A DNA stretch of 64,000 nucleotides from Pristiophorus japonicus (Eukaryota): positions 59,210,001 to 59,274,000 of the forward strand of contig NC_091999.1 of the NCBI RefSeq assembly GCF_044704955.1, in the 5' to 3' direction. Within the stretch, counting starts at the first letter, position 1; the number at the start of each line of letters is the position of its first letter. The translations under genes were made by a program, and so were the position numbers. The notes under the pieces are model-generated. The model saw only the letters and a program-made list of their open reading frames with translations, made no database searches and was not told the DNA's origin. This document shows positions 13,700 through 26,060 of this stretch, piece by piece.

Positions 13700-15180
13700 G
13701 TGGAGTATTTTTGTGTCCTCGTCACACATTGCTTTTTCTCCCATCTTTGCTTCATCAGAAAACTTGGCTATGTTACTCTCGATCCCTTCTTTAAAGTCGG
13801 TAGATTGTATATAGATTGTATCCCAGCACTGATCCCTGCAGCACCCCACTATTTACTGATTGCCAACCCTAGAATGATCCATTGATCCTGAATCTCTATT
13901 TTCTGTTAGTTAGCTAGTCCTCTATCCATGTTAAAATATCAGCCCTAACCCCGTGAATGTTTATCTTGTGCAGCAACCTTTTATTTGGCACCTTGTCACA
14001 TGCCTTCTGGAAGCCCAAATACATCACATCCACTGGTTCCTCTGTATCCACCCTGTGTGCTCCATCCTCAAAGAATTCCAGAAAATTTGTCAAACATGTC
14101 TTCCCCTTCATAAATCCATGCTGACACTGCCTGACCGAATTTTGCTTTTCCAAATATCCTGCCACTGCTTCTTTAATAATGGGCTCCAACATTTTCCCAA
14201 GCACAGATGTTAGACTAACTGGTTTATAGTTTCCTGCTTTTTGCCTGCAACCTTTCGTAAATAGAGGCATTAAATTTGCAGTTTTCCAATCTGTTAATCA
14301 CCTTATATCTGTGTCCTTTGTTCTCGATCTTTCCACTAATCGGAACAATTTCTCTCTATCTACTCTGTCTAGACCCATTATGATTCTGAACACCTCTATG
14401 AAATCTCATCTCAACCTTTCTGCTCTAAGGAGAAAAATTCCAGCTTCTCCAGACTATCCACGTAACCGAAGTACCATATCCCTGGAACCATAATTGTAAA
14501 TCTTTTCTGAATCCTCTCTCAAGCCTTACATCCTTCCTAAAGAATTGGACACAATACTCCAGGTGAAGTTCATCATAACTTCCTTTCTTTTGTACTCTAT
14601 GCGTGTATTTATGAAGCCCAGGATTATGTAAGCTTTTTTGACCATTTTCTCAACCGGCCCTGCCACCTTCAATGATTTGTGCACATTTACCTTCAGGTCA
14701 CTGTGTTCATGCAGCTCCTTTAGCATTGAACATTGAGTTTATTTTTCCTCTCCTCATTCGTCTTATAAAAATGATTCATTTCACACTTTTCTCCATTTCA
14801 TTTGCCCCGAGTGCACCCCTTCCATCAGCATGTCTATGTCCTCTTGAAGTCATCACTATCCTCCTCACTGTTCCCTCTACTTCCAAGTTTTGTATCATCT
14901 GCAAATTTCGAAATTGTACCCTGTACTCCTAAGTCTAAGTCATGAATATAAATGAAGAAACGCAGTGTTCCTCGTACCAACCGCTGCAGAATACCACAAT
15001 ATACCTTACCCCAGTCCATCAAAAAATAACTGGTCACCACTACTCTGTGGTTCCTGTCACTCAGCCAATTTCATATCCATGCTGGCACTGTCCTCTTTAT
15101 TCTATGTGGTTAAATTTTTATGGCAAGGTTATTATTAAGGCACTTTATCAAACACCTTTTAGAAGGCCACCACATCAACC
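13700..15180 (-). mobile_element. CR1 LINE fragments
   Basis: GNYKPVSLTSVLGKMLE, QHGFMKGKTCLTN, ISKFADDTKLG. Confidence 0.88.
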
Positions 15181-15322
15181 TTATAAACTGAGACTGGATC
15201 TAGCGCGGTAAAAACTGCGACGGTGTCTGGTGTAATGAGAGAAATAATGCCAGATAATTGCAGATTTATTAACCTCCTGCCAGGTACAGGTGCAGTTTCA
15301 TTTTTACCATCATGGGCACTAA

Positions 15323-15830
15323 TCATAGAAACATAGAAACATAGAAAATATGTGCAGGAGCAGGCCATTCGGCCCTCCGAGCCTGCAGCACCATTCAATA
15401 TGATCATGGCTGATCATACAACGTAAATACCCCACTCCTGTCTTCTCTCCATGATCCCTTTAGCAGTAAGGGCCAAATCTAACTCCCATTTGAATATATC
15501 CAACGAACTGGACTCAACAACTTTCTGTGGTAGAGAATTACATAGGTTCACATTTCTCTGGGTGAAGAAGTTTCTCCTCATCTCTGTTCTAAATGGCTTA
15601 CCCCTTATCCTTAGATTGTGAATCCTGGTTCTGGACTTCCTCAACATCGGGAACATTCTTCCTACATCTAACCTGTCCAATCCCGTCAGATTTCATATGC
15701 TTCTATGAGATCCCCTCTCATTCTTCTAAATTCCAGTGGATATAAGGCTAGTCAATCCAATCTTTCTTCATATGTCAGTCCTGCCATCCCGCGAATCAGT
15801 CTGGTGAACTTTGGATGCATTCCCTCAAGG
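15323..15830 (-). mobile_element. Young 5'-truncated CR1 insertion
   Basis: (catagaaa)n tail; GKPFRTEMRRNFFTQR; splits block B. Confidence 0.9.
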
Positions 15831-16849
15831 TGTATATCAGTGTTTTCTGGGTGATGCTGAGGTGATCACTAGACGATAAAGCGCAGAGACTGGCGTCTGG
15901 CTGCTCATTATCCTCGGTGTGATTTAATCCCGTTTCACACTGAAACTGCGGACAGAAATGGTCACCTGTAACAGAATCGTCAGAGTGACATCATTTTCTA
16001 AACAAGAGCACGCAAGAGAATGGGTTATCAATAAATGTTAAAGCTATTAAACGACCTGTAATTGCATTTTGAATAAAGTAGAATGCTGAAAAATATTGGC
16101 TGAAGCTAATCATTTATCTTTCTGGAATGCACATGTACACATTATGAATGTGAGCAAGTGTTTTGTACACACACACATACATTCACACACACACACACAC
16201 ACATACATAAACACACAAACGCGCATACACACAAACACGCATACACATATAGCAAACACTTTCTGTGTCCTCTTTTCAGTTGTTCATTTTACATGGTGAG
16301 AACATTTATTCTGGTGGATATTAGGACCCTGCGGCTGCCCATCCGGCGGTGCTCTGAGCTCACGGTTCCAGGCTCTGTCTTACATAATCAGTGGGCCACG
16401 TCACAGCTAAATAGAAAATACTGGACCAAAAACAATCCTTAACGTTAAAGAACTTGGAGAAATAGGCACAGGACAACACAAGTGTGATTTAGTAACCACA
16501 AACACACAGATTTTGCCAGTAGTTCAAAGTGCAGTGCACTATTGCTCACCTTCCGTCCTGTCCTTCAATCCCAGTCCATTACTGGAAGATTGTTAAAAGA
16601 TTCACCCCATCCTCTCAACACAAATATTACCGTCATAATACCAGATTAATTCAAGATTACACACACGTGTTGATAGCTGTTAACAAATCTAAACCTATAT
16701 TTCCAACCAAAAAAGTATTGCATCCTCACAGCCACACATATATACATCTTTATTTATATTAATATCTGTCGATATCTCTTTATATCGTCTGCCTATGTAA
16801 TAGACGCATGTGCAAGTGGAGAAATAACTGAGGCAGGGTCTATGCTACA

Positions 16850-17350
16850 AGAAATAGATACAGGATCCAGCACACTAATAGTTTAGACAAGATCTAGTGT
16901 AATATGAAGAGAGACAGGCATTTATTATAATATATTTCAGCCATGGTCTATGGCAGGAATAACTGAGACAGTGCCTAGTGTAATATAAACAGAGACATGG
17001 TGTAGTGTAATATAAACTGAGACAGGGTCCAGTATAATATACACAAGGACCGAGTATAGTGTAATATACACTGAGACAGGGACGAGTGTAATATAAATAG
17101 AGACAGGGTCTAGTGTAACATAAACAGAGACAGGGGCTAGTGTATTATAAACAGTGACTGGGTCTAGTGTAATATAAGCAGAGACAGTGTGTAGTGTAAT
17201 ATAAACAGGGACAGGGTCTAATGTTATATAAACAGAGACAAGGTCTAGTGTAATATAAATAGAGACAAGGAAGAATGTAAATTAAACAGAGACAGAGTCC
17301 AATGTAATATGAACAGAGACTGGGTCTATTGCAGTTATAACTGTGACTGG
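16850..17350. repeat. 27-bp minisatellite (agtgtaatataaacagagacagggtct)
   Basis: Tandem units directly visible. Confidence 0.9.
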
Positions 17351-17439
17351 GTCCAGGGCATCGATAAACAAGAGAGGGACTGCTGAGAAGATTAGTAAAC
17401 TGACTACAACACGGAGTTAATGGGGACATTCAAGTGGTT

Positions 17440-18380
17440 GTGTAAAAATAAATGTTGGGTGCAAAAGCAAATTGTGAGGAAGACACTAAAAAATTATGCA
17501 AGGAGATATAGACAGGCTAAGTGAGTGGACAAAACTTTGACAGATGAATTATAATCGTGAAAATCTCAGATTATCCACTTTGGCAGAAAAAAAAAGTAAA
17601 GCAAGTTATAATTTAAATGGAGAAAAATTGCAAAATGCTGCGGTACAGAGGGACCTGGTTGTACTTGTGCATGAAACACAAAATGTTACTGTGCAGGTAC
17701 AGCAAGTAATCAGGAAGGCAAATGGAATGTTGCGATTTATTGCAAAGGGGATGGAGTACAAAAGCAGAGAAGTCCTGCTACAACCCTACAGGGTATTGGT
17801 GAGGCCACACCTGGAGTACTGCATAAAGTTTTGTTCTCCGGATTTAAGAAAGGTTATACTTGCATTGGCGACTTTTCAGAGAAGGTTCATTGGGTTGATT
17901 CCGGAGAAGAGGAGGTTGATGTATGAAGAAAAGTTGAGTAGTTTGGGCCTATACATGTTGGAGTTCAAAGAATGTGAGAAGATCTTATCGAAACATATAA
18001 GATAATGAGGGGGCTCGAGAAAGTGAATGCAGAGAGGACATTTTAATTCACAGGGGAAACTAAAACTAGGAGGCTTAATCTCAGAATAAGGGGCTGCTAT
18101 TTAAAACTGAGATGAGGAGGAATTTCTTCTCTCAGAGGGTTGTAATTCTGTGGAAGTATCTGCAACAGAGAGCTGTGGAGGCTGGGTCATTGAATATATG
18201 TAAGGCAGAGATGGGCAGATTTTTGAGCGATAAGGGAATAAAGGGTTAGGGGGAGCGGGCAGGGCATTGGAGCTGAGTCCATGATCAGACCAGCCATGAA
18301 CTTATTAAATGGCAGAGCAGGCTCGAGGGGCCAAATGGCCTACTCCTGCTCCTATTTCATATATTCTTATGTTCTTGTGT
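17440..18380 (+). mobile_element. CR1 LINE 3' part
   Basis: KANGMLRFI...YRVLVRPHLEYC; tcttatgttctt tail. Confidence 0.9.
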
Positions 18381-19529
18381 TCGAAGGTCTTCGCGTGATA
18401 TAAAAACATGCCGTGACCGGTGCAATAATAGCTGCGGCAGGAACTAGTGTTGTATAAACCGAGACGGGTCTTAGTGTAATATGAACCGAGACATGATGTC
18501 GATATAAAATCACAGAATGGAAGAATGATACAGCACATAACGTGCACATTAAGCCCTCTGGTGCCTGTGCCTGCACTGAGTTGAAACAGCTAACCAATTG
18601 GTCCCACTATCCCTGCTTTTTCCCAATAACCCTGCATTATTTCCAATTCAATTATTTACCCAATTCACTTTTGAAATTTATTACTGGAATTGCTTCCAGC
18701 ACCCTGTCAGATAGTGTATTCCAGATCATAATAGCTAGTTGTGTATTTCTTTTTCCTCATTTCGCCTCGGGCTCTTTTGCGAAGTTCCTTAAATGTGTGT
18801 CATATGGTGACAGACTCATCAGCCACTGGAAAATTATCTTCTTATTTAAAGTGTCAGAACCATTCACGGTCTTGAGCATGTTTGTAAAAGCTCCTTTTAA
18901 CCTTCTCTGCTCTAATGACAACAATCTCAATGCCCCGAGTGTCTTCACTTAATTGAAGTCTTTTATCCAAGATACTATTCTAGTAAATTCCCCAAGCACA
19001 CTTTCCAAAGCCGTTCAATCTTTCCTAAATGTGGCGCTCAGAATTAAGAACAATACTGGAGTATAACCAATGTTTTACAGATGCTTACCAATAAGTTCCT
19101 CGCATTTGAACCCTATATCTCTATTTATGAAAACTAAAGATAGTGTATACCTTTTGCATTCCAGATCAGAACCACTTGTTACATTAAAACATCTCCACAT
19201 CTCCCTTTTGTTTTTTTTTTGCAAATGATCTTAAATATGTATCCTCTGGTTACCGACACTCTCAGTGTAAACATTATCTCACTTTTAACCGTATCAAATC
19301 CCTTCATAAAAGGAAGGCTATGACAGGCAGAGGCATTATTTTCTGATTGCTGCCAGAGATTGATTGGTAGATTTTGGTTCGGTTAGGAGATTACGGGCGA
19401 CGGAACCAAAGCTGGTCGATGGAGTTAAGATGCCGATCATCCGTCATCTAATTGAATAGAGGCATGATATAGTTCAGTACTAATTGAGAAAGCGTATCGT
19501 GTAATTTAAACAGAAGACTGGTCGAATCC

Positions 19530-20501
19530 ATTAATAACAGAGACAAGACCTAGAGCAATATAAAGAGGAGACGTCGTCTAGTGTAGTAATAACTGCAACA
19601 GTGCCTAGTGTAATATAAATAGTGACATGGTATAGATTATAATAACGGAGAGTGCCCAGTGTATTATAAACATAGACATTGCTTAGTGCTTTATAACTGA
19701 GGCAAGGTTTCGTGTAATATGAGAGATACATACCAGAGGGCAGCAATAAATGAGACAGTATTTAATATAAGACTATATGAAAAGGGGCACGGTCCAGTGC
19801 AGTAATAATTGAGACAAGGCTGAGTGAAATCTAATCACAGGCATGGTCTAGTGCAGTGATAACTGAGACAAGGCCTAGTGTAATATAAAGAGAGACGTGT
19901 TCTCATGCAGTATAACAGAGGGAGCATTGTGTAATATAAACAGAGACATGGCTTAGTGCAGTAATAACTGAGGCATGGCCCAGTGTAATATGAACAGATG
20001 CAGGGCCTAGTGTAATATAACTAGTCACCGGATCTAGTGCAATAATAAATGAGGCAGGGCATTGTGCAATACTAACATAAACAGACTCTAGTACAGTACT
20101 AACGGAGAGAGAACCTAATGTAATATGCCACCGACATGGTCTAGTGCAGTAATAACTGAGACAGAGTCCAGTGTAATATAAATTGAGACATTGTCTGATG
20201 TAACAAAAAAGAAAAAGGCTATTGTGTAATATAAGCAGAGACATTGTCTCGTGTAATATAAACAGTGACACTGTCTTGTGTAATATAAACAGGGAAAGAG
20301 TCTTGTGTAATATAAACTGAGACATTGGCTAGTGTACTATAAACAGGGACATTGTCAAGTGTAATATTAACGGAGACATTGGCTCGTGTAATGTAAACAG
20401 CGACATTGTCTCGTGTAATATAAACAGTGACACTGTCTAGTGTAATATAAACAGGGGAAGAGTCTAGTGTAATATAAAATGAGAAATTGTCTCGTGTAAT
20501 A
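19530..20501. repeat. 27-bp minisatellite array (left flank of ERV)
   Basis: Tandem degenerate units up to the LTR edge. Confidence 0.88.
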
Positions 20502-20999
20502 TGTTGTGGAAATTTTTTCTGAGACTGCATAATATATATAAAGAGAGGTTTATTAAATTGGAGTCAAAACTTTGGGAGAAGTGTAAAAGACCCCTGTCTT
20601 TGAACCATCTTCTCAAATTGGTATCGGCAGTGAAGTTCTTTTATCTTACAAATTACGTCACTTTACAACGCATGCTTTAGCACTACAAAGCTTTGACTAT
20701 CGAAGGCTAAGCTTTTGATATAACCCATCCTGCATTGTGACAGGGCAGTATAAACAAGTGCAGGCTTTTGACACCGGTATAAACAAACATATCCAGCACT
20801 TAACTCTCCAGTGTTCATTATCTCACTTTCCTATCTGCATTAACTCAAGGCCAGCATACCTTAAAGTCTAACTGTTTTTTTTTATATCGAGCATAATGCA
20901 TCAGTATTGTCCCTTACAAAATTCATTTAAAGGGGAAAATAAAACAAATGTTTGAACCCGTATATTAGTCCAGTATATGTCCAAAAATCCGCTCCAACA
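20502..20999 (-). repeat. ERV 3' LTR
   Basis: On the minus strand begins TGTTG and ends CAACA; follows polypurine tract AAAAGGGGGAA (21003-21013); AATAAA near 20550. Confidence 0.8.
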
Positions 21000-21212
21000 A
21001 TATTCCCCCTTTTGGTCCTGGATGATGTTTACGAAATCCAGATGACCACAATGATAGTAGCATATATTCGTCCTTTGGCGTATGTTACTTCCCAGATGTT
21101 CCGTATGTCCACCTTGCCTGTAGCTCTAAGCTACCCTTCAAAGATAGTGGTCGGTGTCATTGTCGTCTGTTTCTTCATTCTTGGTGTCTTCAGGTATTTC
21201 CATCAGATGTGC

Positions 21213-22459
21213 TTATTCTTCAGCGATTACACTGGCTACTGGCTTCAGTCGAGCCATCGTAACATTACAGCAGATATTAAAACACCCGATAATCAGACAG
21301 CAAGTAATTATTATTACAACCAGAATAATTACTCCATGCATAAGATAGGACCCCCAGGATCCCCCTAACAGACAGTCAAACCAGCCAGATCCTCCTGCTG
21401 TTATATATAACTTCTTTACCTCCCTTCTTATGTGATCAGCGAGGTTGGTTATGTTTTCTGAATTATCAGGAATGTAAGTGCAACATTCAGCTCCAATTAA
21501 GGCACATTGTGCATATGGCTACCATTTCAGCCGTTATGCCCTACATTGCTTCAGCAGTGCCGTTAACTATCTGTTCCAGTACCCTCTCTAGGTTATGTAA
21601 TTCATCCATGGTGCGTCCTATCTCGAATGGAAGCATCATGACCCCAAATAGCCTCTCTACCGCGGTAAGATCTCGTCTTAGTCGACCTGGTGTCTGTACT
21701 TCTGCTAAAGTACGTACCCGTCTGACAAAGGTGACCACATATCCCAAATAACAAGACCCCCTCCAGTTCTGAGGCAACCAGGGGTAGGCCTTATGCCCGC
21801 ACACAAAATAAGTGCAATTATATGCTGTTAGATTCGATCCCAATCTCTCTCTCAGCCCCCGTCGCCACCTAATCTTAGCGTCCCAGTCCTGGCTACTTGT
21901 CTGATTCTTCAAACCCTCTATTTCGAAGAAGCCTTGGTTTGTTGTTTCGCTGGCTATTATGTTCCATCTGGTGAGGTTAAACTATATCCTGCTACAAAAC
22001 CTGTTTCCTCACCGGTCAGGTCTCTAGTGAAACAAATGTCAGCGGTGGGCCTTCCAACTTCTGAGGTGTTGGTCAAAACCAGGAACGGGGGTCGTACCGA
22101 CCTATTATATTCCGGCTGGTACCATCTGTCAATGCATCCAAAAGGCAATCCCCCGATCTCCACGTTTCTTTATTCCCACTGTGGTTCCAAGTATCATTTA
22201 CTTCCCCTGTACTGTTTTGTCGCATTACTCACTCTGCTACTTCTGAACTGTTAAGGGAGATTGACGTCAAAGGGATGCCTCCTTTGCTATGTATGGGGAT
22301 GTGCGAACATACCCAGCAACTAGAAAAGTTCTCATTTTGTGCATAAACATAAGACATGTACAAAAAGGTATTCACAAGTAACTCTCGTTTCGGTCTAGCT
22401 AGCAGGCCGGACCGAACACGAACTATGATAATCGCACTGATCGCAATATATAGTTTCAT
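21213..22459 (-). pseudogene. env: ERV env, gamma-type, frameshifted
   Basis: Signal peptide MKLYIAISAIIIV, CWVC motif, WLPQNWRGSCYLG, furin site RLRR, CX6CC (CALIGAECC, 21480-21506), TM GVIILVVIIITCCLII. Confidence 0.9.
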
Positions 22460-22589
22460 CTTATTACTCTATAATTAACAAATAGTCAAAGGAAAAATGG
22501 CCATATGGCTTGCTTGAAGAATCTCTCGCTGTCAATCTTTAAATAGACAAACAACAACAACTAATATGTGTGCTAAACGGCTGGTTCAA

Positions 22590-24822
22590 AAACCTTAAGC
22601 TGGGTCCGATGCTTCCATTGTCCGTTCCCTTTAACATCGATGCAGGCACAAGTGTCCCCGCTGAGTATAACCTCATATGGTCATATCCATTTTTGAGGCA
22701 AACCCCGGTTTTTCCCGGGAGGACCCTTACCATAATGCGACTTCCTGCCTACGGGACTTCAGGGAGTTTTGTAGGCTCTGCTTCCGAGTCTCTTTCTTCC
22801 TGATTGTACCGAACTAATTTATGCATCCCTTTTAATTGAGTACTTAGTTCCAAAACATACCGTTTTATTTTGTCTTTTTATGGGCCTACATCGGCCCACC
22901 CTGTTATGATGTTCTCGGGTAATTGCTTCGCCCTTCCTGTCATTAGTTCACAAGGGGTTAATCCGGTTGTCCGGTTTGTCGTGGCTCTTAACTTCATCAA
23001 TATAATGAGTAATACTTCTGTCCACGTTTTTCCTGACGTTTGCATGGCCTTTGCCAGGGCGTTCTTAAGGGTATGGTTCATGCGCTCTACCATCCCAGAA
23101 CTCTGCGGGTGGTAGGGGATGTGGAATTTTTGTTTTATGCCGATCAGCTGGCATATTGTTTTTACAATTTTTCCGGTGAAGTGGGTGCCTTGGTCGGAAT
23201 CTATTTGAAGAGGCACTGCCCATCAGGGAATCACCTGCGTGGTCAATATCCTTACCACTGTTGAGGCAGTGCAATCACGTGTGGGAAAGCTTCTACCCAC
23301 CGGGTAAATTGATCTATAATCACTAGGCAATATCTTTTTCCATGGGATGGGGCCAAAGGACCTGTGAAATCAATTTGTACGTGTTCCCATGGCCCACGTG
23401 GACGGGGCTTGTGTCCCATTTTAATTTTAATGGGCCTGCCTGGATTATATTGTGCGCACGTAACGCATCGATGGCAATGTTTGGTGATATCTCTCCCCAT
23501 CCCTTTCCACCACCAATCTCTTCCAAGACTCCCGGTCATGGCCTCTCATCCTGAATAAGACAGGCCATGATGCAACTCCAATAAGGTATTCAGTATGCAT
23601 TCAGGCGCCATTACCTTGTCGTTTCGTCTCCAAACGTTATCCTTCCCTTGCGTTGCGCCCTGCTTTGTCCACATACCTATTTCCTCCTCAGAAGTGTCCT
23701 GGTGTAGTTTCTCAATACTTATCTCTTCGTCTTGGGCCCCAGCGGCACTGACTTAATTTTAATCATTTAAAATTATTATCAATGGAGAGTGTTTTTTACC
23801 TCTTCAAAATATTTTTTTTTCAATGAAACCAATATCTTTTTCACAGCTGATATCAACTGGTATTTCGTAAGTTATGTCTTTATCCATCGCAAACATCCCT
23901 TCTCCCCCATGCTGTCATATAATCATGTACTACCCCGAATGCATATCTACTGTCCGTATAAATATTAACAATCATATTTTCCGATAATTCCAGTGCCCAG
24001 GTGAGGGCTACCAGTTCTGCCACTTGAACTGACGACCCCCCATTAATTCGCCCTGATTCAACTGTCTCTAGATCCTGGTTAACTACGGCCCATCCGGTAC
24101 GAGGTAGTCCCTCTACGTATTTTCGTGAGCCGTCCACAAACAAGGTTTGTTCTGCGGTTTGAAGGGGGGCGTCTTTTATTCTATCCTCTTCCATATCCTC
24201 ACATACCTCTTCGCAAAAGTGGGGTTCCCCCTCACCCATCATACCTTCTGTGGGGTTGTTTCCTACATCACTAATTATGGTTACCGCTTTGTTGGGTGTT
24301 AAGAGGACTGCTTCCCACTTTGCATGTCTCATATTAGATACGGTTCTCAGTTTTCCTGTGTTTAACATTTCTACCAATGTGTGTTTAGTGTGGAGAATGA
24401 TGTTTCCAGTCATCACCACAAGCTCGCTTAATTTTTACCGCCCAAGCTGCGCAATCTAGCGCGGCTATACATCTGGATAACCCAGTCACCACCGGGCTTT
24501 CGGTGGTAGAGTAATAGGCTATAGGTCTCCTTTTATCAGGGATAAAGTTCCGGCTGTAATTAAAGAGGCCCAGTACCTTCCTCACCCCCCTTACCGTTAC
24601 TGGTCTAGGCATGTCCTTGACAGCCTTTTTCCTATCCGTGGGCGTTTCTTTCAACCCCTTGAGAGGCAGTACCCTAGGTACAGGACCTGGGATTTCCCTA
24701 CCTGGGCCTTTTTGGGGAGTTAGTGGTGCTAACTCTTTCTTTACAGATACCCTTTTCCACTAGCCCTTTTACTATTTCTACAACCGCTGTTCTAGCTTCA
24801 GGTCTTATAGGGTATTGTGGCA
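22590..24822 (-). pseudogene. pol: ERV pol (RT remnants, RNase H, integrase), disrupted
   Basis: PQYPI; KKAQVGKSQVLYLG; VLGLFNYSRNFIP; LFVDGS..AELVAL..IYTDSRYAFG; CVTCAQ; QIDFTG, DSDQGTHF, SSGMVERMN. Confidence 0.93.
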
Positions 24823-25482
24823 AGTCCCCCTTTTCTGCCCTCCTCCTGTTCCCGTGGCAGAGACCTTTTCCTGCTTTATCTTTTTCTTTTCTAAACTGCT
24901 TAAGCTTACTGTTTTAGCCTTTTTCAAAAGTCCCTTTTACACCTTCACAGATAGCTCACCACTCGCCCAGGAGTTTGACCTGATCCCTGAAGTATTTCAA
25001 AATTAAAACTCTTTTTTTTTGCTGAGCTAGAAGCTTTCATGTCAAGGATTTACACAAAGGAAAATGGGAGCGTTTTGAAAGGCATTCTTTATCTCATTCC
25101 TAGACTAAATTTATGTATTTCAACCCAATTGCATGTTTTCTTTCGACAAGTAAGTGAGCGTGTCAAATTCTTTTTTTTTCTTTACTACCGGGACCATGTA
25201 TTTTTATCTTTTACTCAACAAACCTATCCTTTGTGCATTTCCTAGCTCCGTAACTTATATCCACACCTTCGTTTCCAACTTAAAATGTAATACCATAAGG
25301 TTCACAGTTTCTTAAATTTCCCACAAACAGGACAGCACTACGAAGGGTTAAAAAAAAACATTTCACTCTGTTTGGAAAGAGTGGATGGAGCTAAAACAGG
25401 CAGGCAGCTCCACACCTTTTTAAAACAGGCTTTCATTCATTCCACAGTCAAAATTACTCGAGTACTCTCTTCATTCAAAATA

Positions 25483-26060
25483 GACAGGGACATTGTCAAG
25501 TGTAATATTAACGGAGACATTGGCTAGTGTAATGTAAACAGCGACATTGTCTAATGTAAAATAAACAGAGACATTGTATAGTGCAATATAAACTGAGACA
25601 TTGTCTAGTGTAATGTAAACAGAGACATTGTCTAGTGCAATATAAACAGAGACAGGGTCTAGTGTAATTTAAACAGAGACAGTGTCTAGTGTAATATAAA
25701 GAGAGACAAGGTCGATTGCAGCACAAATCAAGACATGTCCTACTGTACTTTAAACAGAGACATTGTCTAGATCAGTATAACTGAAGCAGGATGCCGCTTT
25801 CAAATTTATTAGTGTACTCAAGCTAGCCTCAGTTTATATTATACTCGACCATATCCATGTTTATATTACACATGACCCATTCTCAGTTATTCCTGCACCA
25901 GAACAAATTTTATTTTAATTATATCTTAGCATATTTTTGTTTATGTTACATAAGTCCCTATATAACTTATTACTGAAACAGATCTTTTCTCTGTTTACAT
26001 AACTCAGGACCTGATTCATATTACACTCGGCCCTGTCTGAGTTATACACACTGTCCCTGT
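25483..26060. repeat. 27-bp minisatellite (right flank of ERV; distal part inverted and degenerate)
   Basis: Tandem units; same acattgtct variant as the left flank. Confidence 0.8.

Larger units (their letters stand above)
10110..16870. repeat. Segmental duplication unit, copy 2 (blocks C, SINE, A, B)
   Basis: Collinear with 26550-32045; carries extra CR1 insertions at ~11960 and ~15323. Confidence 0.85.
20502..25482 (-). mobile_element. Defective class I (gamma/epsilon-like) endogenous retrovirus, internally deleted, 5' LTR missing
   Basis: Leader/gag remnant, RT fragments, RNase H, integrase, env, PPT and 3' LTR in retroviral order on the minus strand. Confidence 0.92.

Noticed and set aside
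12653-13849. 398-aa ORF
   Set aside because: Chance read-through across CR1, another LINE end, and 27-bp and 67-bp repeats
22539-22733. Accessory ORF between pol and env
   Set aside because: Better explained as the frameshifted integrase C-terminal region
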